A stretch of 64,000 nt of DNA from an uncultured delta proteobacterium (GTDB lineage Bacteria > Desulfobacterota > Binatia > UBA9968). Positions within the stretch are counted from its first letter, which is position 1, and the number at the start of each line of letters is the position of its first letter. Positions 50,033 to 59,860 of this stretch are shown one piece after another. The notes under the pieces were generated by a model that worked only from the letters and a program-made list of their open reading frames with translations, searched no databases and was not told where the DNA came from. The DNA is taken from positions 320,001-384,000 of the forward strand of contig CAVSHR010000011.1 in the NCBI GenBank assembly GCA_963727625.1, in the 5' to 3' direction. Position numbers and translations under genes: made by a program.

Positions 50033-51286
50033 ATGTCCGAGTGGTTGTGGAATCTCGTGGGAGTGCGCGACGGCTCGCCGGAGTCTCGAAGGAAGTTGCG
50101 CGTGGTCGCGCTGCTCTATTTTATCCAGGGCGCGCCGGCGGCTATCTTGTGGGAAGTTTTGCCGGTTTACTTCCGCATCAACGGCGTGTCCTTGCGCGCC
50201 ATCGGCGGGCTGCGCCTGCTGGAGCTGCCGTATTCGTTGAAAGTCTTTTGGTCGCCGCTGGTCCATCGCTACGGCGACCGGCGCTTTTGGGTGCTGGCCT
50301 GCATGCTCGGCATCGCCGCGGTGCTCTTCGCGTTGCCGTTTGTCAACGTCGCGGCAGTCGGCGTGATCGTGTTGTTGCTGATCCTGGCGTTGACGACCTT
50401 GTCGGCGACGCAGGACATCGCCATCGATTCATACTCCGTGGGGTTGATCAGTCGCGCCGAAGAGGGCGCGGCCAACGGCGTGCGTGCGTCGGCCTATCGC
50501 GTCGCGCTGGTGTGCGCGGGCGGCGGCTTGGTTTTTCTCGCCGCCGTGCTCGAGTGGAATGCGCTATTCGTTTTGGCCGGTGCAGCCTTTACGCTTTTGG
50601 GCTTCGCCGTTTTGATGATCCCGCATCTGAGCCTGCCCGAAGAAGCCCGCGAGCATTGGCTGAAAGGTTTCGTCGGTTGGGCCGGCACGTGGCGCGTCGT
50701 GCCCTTGGTACTCTTCGTTCTAACTTATAAGCTCGGCGAGTTTGCCATTGGTCCGATGGTCAAACCGTTTTGGGTCGATTACGGCAAGTCGATCTGGCCG
50801 ATTCAAGATGATCTGATGTTTCAGATCGGTCTGTTTCCGACAACCGTCGGTATCGTGCTGAGCGTGGTTGGCGCCCTGGCCGGCGGCGCGTTCGTCTCGC
50901 GTTTCGGAATCTTTCACGGCGTGTGGTTTTTGGGTTTGCTGCAGGCGGTTTCGAATCTCGGATATTCGGTCGTCGAATGGTTCGATCTCGGTCGCTTCGG
51001 CCTCTACGGCGCGTCCATGTTCGAGTCGCTGAGCGGCGGCCTCGGCACGGCGGCGTTTCTCGCTTTCCTCATGAACGTTTGCGAGAAGGAAAATGCCACG
51101 GTGCAATATGCGTTTCTCTCTTCGGTGTTTTCGCTGACCGGTCGGTTGGTGGGAGGGATCAGCGGGTTGGGGGCGGAAAAATTCGGCTACGGCAATTATT
51201 TCGCAATCACCTTTCTATTGTCGATGCCGGCCTATGTTCTTTTGCCCTGGATCAAGCGCTGGATTCACGAGGACGAAAAGAAATAG
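50033..51286 (+). CDS. AmpG-like MFS transporter
   Basis: LYFIQGAP, LPYSLKVFWSPLV, SATQDIAID, ATVQYAFLSS. Confidence 0.85.
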   Translation: MSEWLWNLVGVRDGSPESRRKLRVVALLYFIQGAPAAILWEVLPVYFRINGVSLRAIGGLRLLELPYSLKVFWSPLVHRYGDRRFWVLACMLGIAAVLFALPFVNVAAVGVIVLLLILALTTLSATQDIAIDSYSVGLISRAEEGAANGVRASAYRVALVCAGGGLVFLAAVLEWNALFVLAGAAFTLLGFAVLMIPHLSLPEEAREHWLKGFVGWAGTWRVVPLVLFVLTYKLGEFAIGPMVKPFWVDYGKSIWPIQDDLMFQIGLFPTTVGIVLSVVGALAGGAFVSRFGIFHGVWFLGLLQAVSNLGYSVVEWFDLGRFGLYGASMFESLSGGLGTAAFLAFLMNVCEKENATVQYAFLSSVFSLTGRLVGGISGLGAEKFGYGNYFAITFLLSMPAYVLLPWIKRWIHEDEKK

Positions 51287-51287
51287 A

Positions 51288-52262
51288 TTATTCGGCTCTT
51301 TTATTCTTAGGCTTTTGCGCACATTCGGCGAGCAAACGGCGCCATGCGCCGACCTCGCTCTTCGGTTGAACTAATTTCGCTAACCGACGGCAATCGCGAT
51401 GCAAGCGCCGATAGAAGCGATCATCGATTTCAGCTTTGAGAAGCAAAGTTTGCAGCTTCGCGGTATTGCCCAGCGGAAAATAACCTGGGTAACGATCGCC
51501 GAGCGTACCGATCAACCCCGGAATTTTCGATGCGATGACCGGCACCCCGGAAGCCAGCGCCTCGGAAAGCACGTTGGAGCTTCCCTCCATCTTCGACGTG
51601 ATGCAGACGATGCGGCTCGATGCCAAGGTCCGGCGGGTTAGAGCGTGGGATAGTTGGCCGAGCCAGCGATAGCGGCGATTGCGCTTGGCTTCGAGGCGAG
51701 CTCTTTTGCCGAGAGCTTGATCCAGCGCGAGACCGATATGGGTTACCCGAATGGCTGATGTTACGGGAAGTTTCCTAACGGCAATCGCCGCTCGCAACGG
51801 ATCTTTTTCCTCGCGCAAATGGGCGATTACGCAGACGTCGAAAAACTTCTCGTTCTTGCGCTGTGGTTTTAAGGGTTCGGCCGACTGATAGATTACGCGA
51901 GTCTTGCCGAGCAAGCGCCTCGGGAGCTCGCGCAGGGCCATGGATTGTAGCACGACCAACCTTGTCGCCAGATCGAGGGATCGTTTTGCCTCCCGGTCAC
52001 GGTGAATGTCGCGGTAAAGATCGGTGCCGGTCAAGACGACGATCAAGGGCAATTCCGGATGGCTGACGTGAAATCGCCGGATCGAATCGTAGCTGCGCCG
52101 GGCATGCAAGGCGATCAGCATGTCGCAGGCGCGGCCGTCGTAGCTTTGCCTGACCCGGACGCTGTGGCCGAGTTTTTTCAGGATCGCTGCCCAACGCAGG
52201 GCGGTAATCCGGTTGCCGTTGTTGATGCGCAGCGGCGCGGGAGTGACGAGTTGTATCTTCAC
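51288..52262 (-). CDS. senB: selenosugar synthase (glycosyltransferase) SenB
   Basis: VTPAP..NNGNRITALRW, IALHARRS, VLTGTDLYRD, HLREEKDP, SKMEG; directly downstream of the senA-like gene. Confidence 0.88.
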   Translation of the reverse strand: MKIQLVTPAPLRINNGNRITALRWAAILKKLGHSVRVRQSYDGRACDMLIALHARRSYDSIRRFHVSHPELPLIVVLTGTDLYRDIHRDREAKRSLDLATRLVVLQSMALRELPRRLLGKTRVIYQSAEPLKPQRKNEKFFDVCVIAHLREEKDPLRAAIAVRKLPVTSAIRVTHIGLALDQALGKRARLEAKRNRRYRWLGQLSHALTRRTLASSRIVCITSKMEGSSNVLSEALASGVPVIASKIPGLIGTLGDRYPGYFPLGNTAKLQTLLLKAEIDDRFYRRLHRDCRRLAKLVQPKSEVGAWRRLLAECAQKPKNKRAE

Positions 52263-52272
52263 TATAAATTGA

Positions 52273-53697
52273 TTATTGAGCGCAGGTGCGAAAACCGGCC
52301 CAGACGTCGTAGCGGTCCGGCGTGTAAAAATTTCTCCAGGTGTTGCGAATCAGTAAAGACGAGGTCGCCCAGCAACCGCCGCGTAAAACCCGATGCGTGC
52401 CGAACCAAGGTTTCGAGTATTCCTTGTAGGGGTCGATGGTAAATCCCGGATAGGCCTGAAAACTATCCACGGTCCACTCCCAGACGTTGCCGATCATCTG
52501 GCGGCAACCGAGGGCGCTGTCGCCGCTACTATAGGCGCCCACTGGGACGACGCCGCCGGCGCGCCAATCCAGATTCGCCTGCGCCGCATTCGGCGCGATA
52601 TCCCCCCAAGGAAAATAGCGCCGTTGCGAATGGCCCTCGGAACTCGGCTCCAGCGCTGCCGCGGCTTCCCATTCCGCCTCGCTGGGCAAGCGGCGCTCGG
52701 CCCAGCGGCAATAGGCTTCGGCTTCGTGCCAGCTCACATGCACGACGGGCAAATTTTCATTTAACGGTAGCTCTTGGTTATAAATTCGTTGCAGCCAACG
52801 GCCATCGACCTGGCGCCGCCAATAAACCGGGTGTTCAAGCGCCTTTTTAATCAGCTCTGCCGGAGCCGTTTCATCGATCGGCCTGTTGAAAAAATTTGCA
52901 AATGATTTTTCCAGTTGCGGGGCGCCGCCGGTTTGGCGCCAATGCCAGCCTTCGGCGCTCCAATATTCCGGTTTGCGGTAGCCGCCCGCTTCGACGAAGC
53001 CGAGGAACTCGCCGTTGGTGACCGGCGCGCGGGCGATTTTGAAAGTCGTCACCTCGACCGGATGAGCCCACTTCTCGTTGTCGAAAACAAAGGGAAAAGC
53101 CGGTGTGGCGCCGATTTGATAAGCTCCGCCGGGAATTTCCACGTCGCCCGAGCAAAGATCGGCATCGCTCGGTGTCGCGGAACTCGCGTTGATAAAATTG
53201 GGTGGCGCGTAGGCGAGCGTCTGGCGCGTGTAGGCGAGCGCTTCGGCATGCATGCCTTCATGGAACAGGGCGAGCAAGTAAAAGTAAAATTCATCGGCCG
53301 ATAGTTCTACCGCGCCGTCAATATATTCCGCGGTGCGCTCGAAGACATCGTTCATATAAGCCAGTGTGCGCGCGCGCTCGGGCAGGAGCAGCTCCCAGCG
53401 GGTATCGTGGGCGACATCGGTCGAGTTATAGAGCTCGTCGCCATTTTTGAGCAGTGGTTTTTGCTTTTTTAGATGGCGCAGGATCCAGAACTCGGCGAAC
53501 CAGGCGACGTGGCCGATTTCCCAGAGTGGTGGGTTGACCGTCGGCAAGCGCGGGCCGATCATTTGATGATCATCGAGATCGGCGACCAGAGCGAGCGTGC
53601 GGCCGCGAAACTCGCGCATTTGCGCGAGCACTGCGGCTGAATTGAAATTAGCCAAAGCGCCGCCAGGAACAGCGGCGCTGATCTGAGCCGTAGTCAT
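52273..53697 (-). CDS. senA: selenoneine synthase SenA (EgtB-like: DinB + FGE-sulfatase domains)
   Basis: NPPLWEIGHVAWF.E.W.LR, FHEGMHAEALAYTRQTL, FDNEKWAH, GNVWEW, YKEYS.PWFG, RNFYTPDR; adjacent to senB. Confidence 0.88.
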   Translation of the reverse strand: MTTAQISAAVPGGALANFNSAAVLAQMREFRGRTLALVADLDDHQMIGPRLPTVNPPLWEIGHVAWFAEFWILRHLKKQKPLLKNGDELYNSTDVAHDTRWELLLPERARTLAYMNDVFERTAEYIDGAVELSADEFYFYLLALFHEGMHAEALAYTRQTLAYAPPNFINASSATPSDADLCSGDVEIPGGAYQIGATPAFPFVFDNEKWAHPVEVTTFKIARAPVTNGEFLGFVEAGGYRKPEYWSAEGWHWRQTGGAPQLEKSFANFFNRPIDETAPAELIKKALEHPVYWRRQVDGRWLQRIYNQELPLNENLPVVHVSWHEAEAYCRWAERRLPSEAEWEAAAALEPSSEGHSQRRYFPWGDIAPNAAQANLDWRAGGVVPVGAYSSGDSALGCRQMIGNVWEWTVDSFQAYPGFTIDPYKEYSKPWFGTHRVLRGGCWATSSLLIRNTWRNFYTPDRYDVWAGFRTCAQ

Positions 53698-53741
53698 AAT
53701 CGATAGGGTCGCCGAATTGAAGGAAGTGAAGCACTCCACTG

Positions 53742-53996
53742 CTAGCCGGGCAGAAAGGACGAAGCCAACCTGTGAAACTCAACCACGGCATCCCACTGGG
53801 CCAGGTGCTTGCAGTTGTCGACGATGTGAATGTCAAGCCAGGGATACTTCTCTTTCATGATCTTTGCCCGCTTGAACACATCGGCCGAAGAGCCGAGCGA
53901 TGCGCCATGCAGGCACATCGCGACCGGTCTGGAGCGGTCTTCGAGGAAGCGGGTCCTGAGAGCGTCGACCCGGACGAATTTATCTTGATAGGCCAT
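53742..53996 (-). pseudogene. internally deleted alpha/beta hydrolase (paralog of 55513-56373)
   Basis: LHGASLGSSADVF is fused in frame to HIVDNCKHLAQWDA, with roughly 190 central residues missing relative to the paralog. Confidence 0.8.
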
Positions 53997-54058
53997 GGCA
54001 ACTCTCCTAATTCACTGTACGGCATTATGCCTATTGATTTAACTCATATCTCTCCGCA

Positions 54059-55213
54059 TCACAAACCCGAAGTCCTTGGTTTGAGGGTCTTTTCGATAGC
54101 CGTGATCCAAGGTGCCAATTCTCTCGCCCATTTTTCGCGGCGATGCTTGCCGATGTAGGCGAGCGCAGCCTTCAAGTGGCGAACTTCGGTTGATGTCAGT
54201 CGCAATGGCTGTTTACGCTTCTTAGCCGCCATGCTGGCTTCGGAGTAGTCCCGGAACGCGCGCCAGTGAGATAATGCCTGGGCGGTAAAGCGCTGGCGGA
54301 CGATCTTTGTCCAGGCCGACTCCGCTCGGTATTTGGCTGGCGCCCGGGCGTAATCGAAGCAAGTCGCTAATGGTAAGAAGCTCAACTCTTCCTGGAGCAA
54401 CGGATTGTTAAGATAGCCATAGACACACTCCGGCAAGCGCGGGTCGCGTCCCGTCAGTGGCGCGAGATGCAACTCGTCGCTCATGGACAGATCGTTTACC
54501 GGATAATTGTCCCATAGCAGCAGGGGGCGCTCGATCTTTTTGACGATGCGCTTCACATGAGAGAGGGCGATGGTCTTTGAAACCACCGATGGCCCGGTCC
54601 AGAAGCAGGGGACGTCGGCCGGCAGGTAGCGCGCCAAAGTTTCGAGAAAGTTCAGCTCGAATTTGCCGAAGACCCGTTCGAGCAGCGCATCTTCGCTGTA
54701 ATACGAAGGACAAATCCACCACTCGACAGCGCTCCAGCTCGTCGGCTGGGCGGCAATGATCTTTGCCAGCCAAGTCCCTTCGGCGCGGGCCAGACTATTC
54801 TTGAAGGCGCGCCGGTCGCGCGCGTCGCTCAAGCGCGAAGGAATATCGTCGAACAGCACGGCGAAGGTGCGCACGCCGGCATCGTAGAAGCGCTGCGCTT
54901 TGCGGAGAAGGATGCGAACGGCGCGATCGTCGCCAAAGTACAAACCCTCGCCGGGATGAAAACCGTAGACGAAATCGATTTGCTGCTTTTGTGCAGCTCT
55001 AATCAATCGCAGTAGCTCACGCCATTGCGCGGCGGGGTAAGGTCGTCGCCAAAGTTTACGGTGATAGGGATCGTCCTTGGGCGCATAGAGATAGGTGTTC
55101 ATCCCGCGCGCCGCGCCGAATGCAAACAGCCGCCGCCGGTGCGCCATCGACCACGGCGCACCGAAGAAGCCTTCGACGATGCCGCGGCGCTTAAAAGTCC
55201 TGGCAGGATTCAT
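54059..55213 (-). CDS. GH84 beta-N-acetylglucosaminidase (O-GlcNAcase/hyaluronidase catalytic domain)
   Basis: RGIVEGFFGAPWS, YLYAPKDDPYHR, FAVLFDDI (catalytic DD), FWTG..V, WDNYPVND; no signal peptide seen. Confidence 0.9.
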   Translation of the reverse strand: MNPARTFKRRGIVEGFFGAPWSMAHRRRLFAFGAARGMNTYLYAPKDDPYHRKLWRRPYPAAQWRELLRLIRAAQKQQIDFVYGFHPGEGLYFGDDRAVRILLRKAQRFYDAGVRTFAVLFDDIPSRLSDARDRRAFKNSLARAEGTWLAKIIAAQPTSWSAVEWWICPSYYSEDALLERVFGKFELNFLETLARYLPADVPCFWTGPSVVSKTIALSHVKRIVKKIERPLLLWDNYPVNDLSMSDELHLAPLTGRDPRLPECVYGYLNNPLLQEELSFLPLATCFDYARAPAKYRAESAWTKIVRQRFTAQALSHWRAFRDYSEASMAAKKRKQPLRLTSTEVRHLKAALAYIGKHRREKWARELAPWITAIEKTLKPRTSGL

Positions 55214-55359
55214 GCCGGGCTAATTTCGCACAGCAGCGCTGGAGGAACAAGGTTTAGGTCATTAATCGTCGTGAGGTACGGAATAATTTAGCGAATTGGT
55301 AAGGGAGTATTAAGACCCGCTGTCCAAGAGTCATGTGAATAGAAACGAGGATTGCTTAC

Positions 55360-55494
55360 GCGAGATTGAAAGCGAATACGCTGTACCGCACGCTTTTGTC
55401 GAAAGAGAGTCCAGAGTTGAAGAATTTGCGGGCGGTACTCTGGGCGATGGGCATGCAGGTCACGGTCCATCCACTGGCGAAACATGGAGACTGA
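55360..55494 (+). pseudogene. C-terminal remnant of an HTH addiction-module antidote protein
   Basis: Translates as ARLKANTLYRTLLSKESPELKNLRAVLWAMGMQVTVHPLAKHGD*, resembling the LYRTLSxxGNPxL..L..LG motif. Confidence 0.45.
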
Positions 55495-55512
55495 GTTAGG
55501 ATGGGCAGCTCG

Positions 55513-56373
55513 CTAGCTCTTCAAAAACGGCACGCCCAGATGCATCAGGTCGTCGAAGGCATCCCAATGCACCATATGCTTGCAGCCGTTGACAATGTGG
55601 AGGTTGAGCTGCGGTTGCTGTTTTTTCAGCAATTCGGCGCGTTCACCGGCGTGGGCGCGGTCTTCGCGGCCAAAGATCATCATGAGCGGCATCTTGAGCT
55701 CGGGGAGCCTCTCGCATAGCGGCTTGGCCGGCTTGCCAGCGCCAGCGGGGGCGTCGTGATTCTGCCGTTCCTGGTGCGCGATGAAATTGCGGCCAACCAT
55801 GCGGCTGTGGCGCATGGCCACGTCTTCGTCCGAGATCAAGTCATGGTTGAAGGTGTCCGCCTGCAGGAGTTTGCGGGCATCCTCCAGCGTCGGTTCCTTT
55901 TGCGCCATCTCCTTGTCGACGCGCGCTTGGACCGCTTCGTACCTGCCGACCTGCGCTTCGGTCTGCAGCGGCAGCAGCGAGCCGGTGCCGAGAATGATCA
56001 CGTGCGAATAGTGGCTGGGGTCTTCCAAAGCCAGCTGGACCGCAAAGCCGCCCGAGCGTGAATGGGCGATCAGCGCGGTCTTGCCCAGGCCCGCGGCATC
56101 GATGAATTTCGGGATGGAGTTACGCTGCTGCGCGACACTTTGCTTGGCGGGTATATCGGAGAGGCCAAAACCGGGAAGGTCAAAGGAAACCGCGCGAAAT
56201 CCGGCCTTGGCAAAAGGGCCGAGATTGCGCAGAAACACGTCCGCCGAGCTGCCCAGCGACGCACCGTGCAGAAACAACACCGACGATCCCGAGCCTTCTT
56301 CGATATAGCGAAGCTTCAGCCCATCGACGCTGACGAACTTGTCTTCCGGTTTGATTCTTTGCACGTCATTCAT
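55513..56373 (-). CDS. alpha/beta hydrolase
   Basis: LHG oxyanion motif, DLPGFG, nucleophile elbow AHSRSG, GRED, KHMVHWD. Confidence 0.9.
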   Translation of the reverse strand: MNDVQRIKPEDKFVSVDGLKLRYIEEGSGSSVLFLHGASLGSSADVFLRNLGPFAKAGFRAVSFDLPGFGLSDIPAKQSVAQQRNSIPKFIDAAGLGKTALIAHSRSGGFAVQLALEDPSHYSHVIILGTGSLLPLQTEAQVGRYEAVQARVDKEMAQKEPTLEDARKLLQADTFNHDLISDEDVAMRHSRMVGRNFIAHQERQNHDAPAGAGKPAKPLCERLPELKMPLMMIFGREDRAHAGERAELLKKQQPQLNLHIVNGCKHMVHWDAFDDLMHLGVPFLKS

Positions 56374-56569
56374 GACCTAGTCTCCTTCTGAGGCAGAATA
56401 ATATTCAATCCGCTCACACGTTGCCTGCGGCGGGCGTTGGCCGCGCGATTCGAGTATATGGAAATCTGTACAGGAAATTTAAACAACCTTTGATTATGAC
56501 GAGAGCTATAACGCCGAACCAGTGACCTGTCAATGTGGTTAGAGCGCTCGGCGGGACGCCTTTCTTCTT

Positions 56570-56683
56570 CCTCCCCCGCCGACGCGGTGGAGAAAACCGG
56601 TAGGGGCTTGAACCCTGCGATTAACTCAGGGCAGGCTATCGGAACGTTTTGAACATAGCGCAGCGATGGAACGGCTTGAACGC
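56570..56683. repeat. stacked REP-like elements plus 9-bp-period TTGAAC repeat
   Basis: CCTCCCCCGC..GCGGTGGAG..AGGGG, then CCCTG..CAGGGCAGG, then GGAACGTT TTGAACATA GCGCAGCGA TGGAACGGC TTGAACG. Confidence 0.55.
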
Positions 56684-56708
56684 TTTGATCTTACTGTTGC
56701 CTATAAAA

Positions 56709-57053
56709 TCATTTGCCGTCGTCGATGCTGACGACGATGATAGCGTTGGCGATCAGCCAACCGTCGTCGCTTTTTTCATTGAGCACCTGCAATCCGCCGT
56801 GAACGACGTTGACATGGCCGCCGCCGTGGGGCAGCGATTCCAATACCGCCTTCTTATCCACCGCTTCGGGCTTGGGCACGCCGATGGTGACCTCGACGTG
56901 CATGTCATCCGCGGTTTTGCCCACCAGCCGAGGAAATCCCAAACTGCTGTGATGAATGGCATCGAACACCGCCCGCTTGGCGGCATCGGTGTAATTCAAT
57001 CCGTGCACGTCCACTCCCATACCCATTTCTGTAACACACCGTACCAAAGCCAT
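56709..57053 (-). CDS. Lin0512 family protein
   Basis: EMGMGVDVHG.NYT.AAKRAV.DAIHHSSL, VTIGVP.PE.VD, LPHG, GGL. Confidence 0.88.
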   Translation of the reverse strand: MALVRCVTEMGMGVDVHGLNYTDAAKRAVFDAIHHSSLGFPRLVGKTADDMHVEVTIGVPKPEAVDKKAVLESLPHGGGHVNVVHGGLQVLNEKSDDGWLIANAIIVVSIDDGK

Positions 57054-57205
57054 ACCTGTTCACCTCCATCTCCGAGTTCCAGTCGAATCGATTGCGGGTA
57101 GTCATTAGACAAGGGGAGAACTCCTCTGATCGAGAGCCCGAAGTTAGTTAATATCCCATAGCGCGAGCGATCGGCCATGCAACGGATCTCGCGGATATCC
57201 AGTTA

Positions 57206-58345
57206 CTATTTCAGAACTCCATTGAGAAATTTCAGCACCGGTTTCGAATCTCTGAAACCAATCACGCGGTAGTTCCGTCCGGCGATCCGCTTCGCCTCGG
57301 GAAGCACGTCGTCTTTGGGGATGTCGATCCGCATCGACTCGGAACCTTCTACAACGACTTTGTTCATGACTCTTTGCCAGACGATCTGCCCTTGGCGCGA
57401 CAGGAACCAGTTGACGAAAACTTTCGCGGCGTTGGGATGCGGCGCCTTGTTCAAGAAGGCGATCACGCTGCTGCTCCCGCCGCCGATCTCGCTGACGCCC
57501 TCTTTCAAGCTTGCGGGATCGAGTTCATTGACGGGCAATCCCTGTTTGGCCGCGCGCTCGGTGTCGCGACAAGCAAAGCAGATTGGATATTTACCGGAAG
57601 AGAGCCAGTCGGTTCCTTGCCGCCGGTTGGCCGAAATCATAACATCCGCTTCGGTGAACAGGCGCTTTAAGAATGCCGGCCCGATCTGCGGGTCATTGAA
57701 AAGCGACGTCGTGGCGTTCAGTCCTAGGCTACTCGACTTGGGATTCATGAACAGGATTTTGCCCTTCCATTTGGGCTGCAGGAGGTCCCAGTAGGATTTG
57801 ATCTCACCGGGCTTGACCAGCTTCGTGTTGACGTAGATCGTGGGACCGCTCGAGACGGTGCCTTCGAACATAAAGAGATAGCGCCCTTCGGGATCGGCAT
57901 AGACATGTTTGTCCGTGTACCATGTCGAGATGTCTGTAACCTCCGGCAGCACGAGCAGCGGCGTGATCGGATCCAGGGCCTTGCCGAGATAAAGCACACG
58001 GTAAGGTGTGGTTGGGCCTCCGGCATAAAGATCGACGAGATATTTGTCCGCCCGCCGCTCAGCGACGATGCGAGCGCCCAACTCGCTGCCATGGCCGCCG
58101 GCCGTGGTTACTTTGATTTCCGGATACTCGGCGTTGAACGCCTTGATGATGTCAGGGTGAATAATTTCCTCTCCCCCGTAATTCACAAGCTGCCCTTCCT
58201 CTTTCGCTGCCTTAACGGTCTTGTCCCATTGGGCCTGCCAGGAAGAGTTGCCATCCGCCGCGTGAACCCACAGCGGAAAGAGAATCGTCAGGAGCAAAAC
58301 CAACAAACTGCTCTTCATCGCCTTCTTGAGCGCAAAGCACCTCAT
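57206..58345 (-). CDS. extracellular solute-binding protein (Fe3+/polyamine-type ABC SBP), orphan
   Basis: Signal peptide, WDKTVKAAKEEG, SYWDLLQPKWKGK, APHPNAAKVFVNWFLSRQGQ. Confidence 0.88.
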   Translation of the reverse strand: MRCFALKKAMKSSLLVLLLTILFPLWVHAADGNSSWQAQWDKTVKAAKEEGQLVNYGGEEIIHPDIIKAFNAEYPEIKVTTAGGHGSELGARIVAERRADKYLVDLYAGGPTTPYRVLYLGKALDPITPLLVLPEVTDISTWYTDKHVYADPEGRYLFMFEGTVSSGPTIYVNTKLVKPGEIKSYWDLLQPKWKGKILFMNPKSSSLGLNATTSLFNDPQIGPAFLKRLFTEADVMISANRRQGTDWLSSGKYPICFACRDTERAAKQGLPVNELDPASLKEGVSEIGGGSSSVIAFLNKAPHPNAAKVFVNWFLSRQGQIVWQRVMNKVVVEGSESMRIDIPKDDVLPEAKRIAGRNYRVIGFRDSKPVLKFLNGVLK

Positions 58346-58455
58346 AAGAGAATTACCTCCCTTAAGCCCGCCATACTGCATACTTTTCCCGCCGTCAAGC
58401 AGGTTTTCGCTTTAGAGCAAAGGTGGAATTTTGCGCGCGTTCTCGCGCGTTTCTG

Positions 58456-59595
58456 TCACGAGTAACTCATCCTGGACGTCACGCCGCGCTTTCGGCACTC
58501 CTCCTCGAACAAAACCCGGATTTCCGGCTGCTCATCCTTGTACTCGATCTGCGGCCTGCGCCATCGCTCCGGATTCTTGCCCGCCGGCATTTGTCCTTCG
58601 CGCAGACCGAAGCGATCATTGCCATAGCGCAGCACGAGATATCGCGCGGCTTCATTGCTGGGATTGAAATGCTGATGACCCGCCTGCCCGTTGGTCATCA
58701 GCGCGCCCCGTTTGAAATTGAACCGCTCGAACGGCACTCCCGGCCCGGGCATGACTCCGGGTTTCCACTGCAGGTCGTAGCCTTCGCCGCTGAGAAAGAG
58801 ATAACTGTTCTCGTTGGTGAGACCGGTTCTGTTGCGACCGCCGGTCGCCTGCCCGTCCACAAAGCCGTGCCCCTTCTTGTAAGACGCCGGCGGAAACTCC
58901 GACACGTGGCAAACGAAACGGCCGCCGGCCATCAGCACATGCATATTGGTCCCCGGCCCGCGGTATGCCCAGTTGTCGAGAGCCAACTTGGTCACGCTGG
59001 GGATGAAGTTCGATTGCAAAAGCCGATCCTCGAGCTTGGTCGCCTTGCGGTTGAAAAACGTCTCGTCGTTGGGATCGAACCGGTCGTTGAACATGTTGGC
59101 GCAGTTGAAGATGAACTCCGGACTGCCGTAGAGATTGAAGGGCGTCGGCATATTGCTCGCCGCATAGAGCCTGACGGGCTCGGATCCGCTGCCATTGTGG
59201 ATCTCGTGCCACGCATTCAACGGTATGGCGAAGACGGCGTCCTCTTCCCATTCGAAGGTGAGTTTTGGGGTTCCTTCATTCCAGACAACGGTGGCGCCGC
59301 GCCCCTTCACGACGTAAAAGATCTCTTCGTACATATGCTTTTCGGGCTTGAACGTGCCGCCCGGCGGGATCTCGACAATGTAGCGAGTGGTTCCCTGGTT
59401 GTTGACCATGACCTTGTCCGAAGGGTCGTGGGTCATATCGAGCAGCGCGCCCAAGCAACCGGTCCGCTTCCAGGGTTCGAGCTCCACGGTCAAAACGTCG
59501 GGCACAGTGTGGGTGGTAATGATTTTCAGTCCTTCGGCCTGGACCCAAGTCTCAAAGGGCGTCGGTCTCACGTGAGCAAAACTTGTGTAGTCCAT
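58456..59595 (-). CDS. bicupin protein (gentisate-dioxygenase-like superfamily)
   Basis: EIPPGG...EKHMYEEIFYVVKGRG, IPLNAWHEIHN, and a second cupin YKKGH...HQHFN. Confidence 0.8.
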   Translation of the reverse strand: MDYTSFAHVRPTPFETWVQAEGLKIITTHTVPDVLTVELEPWKRTGCLGALLDMTHDPSDKVMVNNQGTTRYIVEIPPGGTFKPEKHMYEEIFYVVKGRGATVVWNEGTPKLTFEWEEDAVFAIPLNAWHEIHNGSGSEPVRLYAASNMPTPFNLYGSPEFIFNCANMFNDRFDPNDETFFNRKATKLEDRLLQSNFIPSVTKLALDNWAYRGPGTNMHVLMAGGRFVCHVSEFPPASYKKGHGFVDGQATGGRNRTGLTNENSYLFLSGEGYDLQWKPGVMPGPGVPFERFNFKRGALMTNGQAGHQHFNPSNEAARYLVLRYGNDRFGLREGQMPAGKNPERWRRPQIEYKDEQPEIRVLFEEECRKRGVTSRMSYS

Positions 59596-59675
59596 GATTC
59601 CTCCATGCTAAGGATTAGCGCGATGCGAATGCCAGTCTGAGGATGGGCTTCAACGAAAATGTTTTCAGAAGAATA

Positions 59676-59797
59676 CCGCCGGTTTGGCGGCACCGGTATA
59701 ATCCAATCCGTGAACATCCACTCCCATACCCATTTCTGTAACACACGGTACCAAAGCCATAGCTAGTTACCTCCAACCTATGAGTTCCAGTCGAACC
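59676..59797 (-). repeat. diverged direct-repeat copy of the Lin0512 5' end and leader (other copy about 56969-57090)
   Basis: Shares TCCACTCCCATACCCATTTCTGTAACACAC.GTACCAAAGCCATA and GAGTTCCAGTCGAA; encodes truncated MALVPCVTEMGMGVDVHGLDYTGAAKPAVFF*. Confidence 0.85.
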
Positions 59798-59860
59798 AGT
59801 TCTTGCTGATACCAAATACTCCTTAGATTACACAACCGTCAAGATTGATAACGAAGCCTG

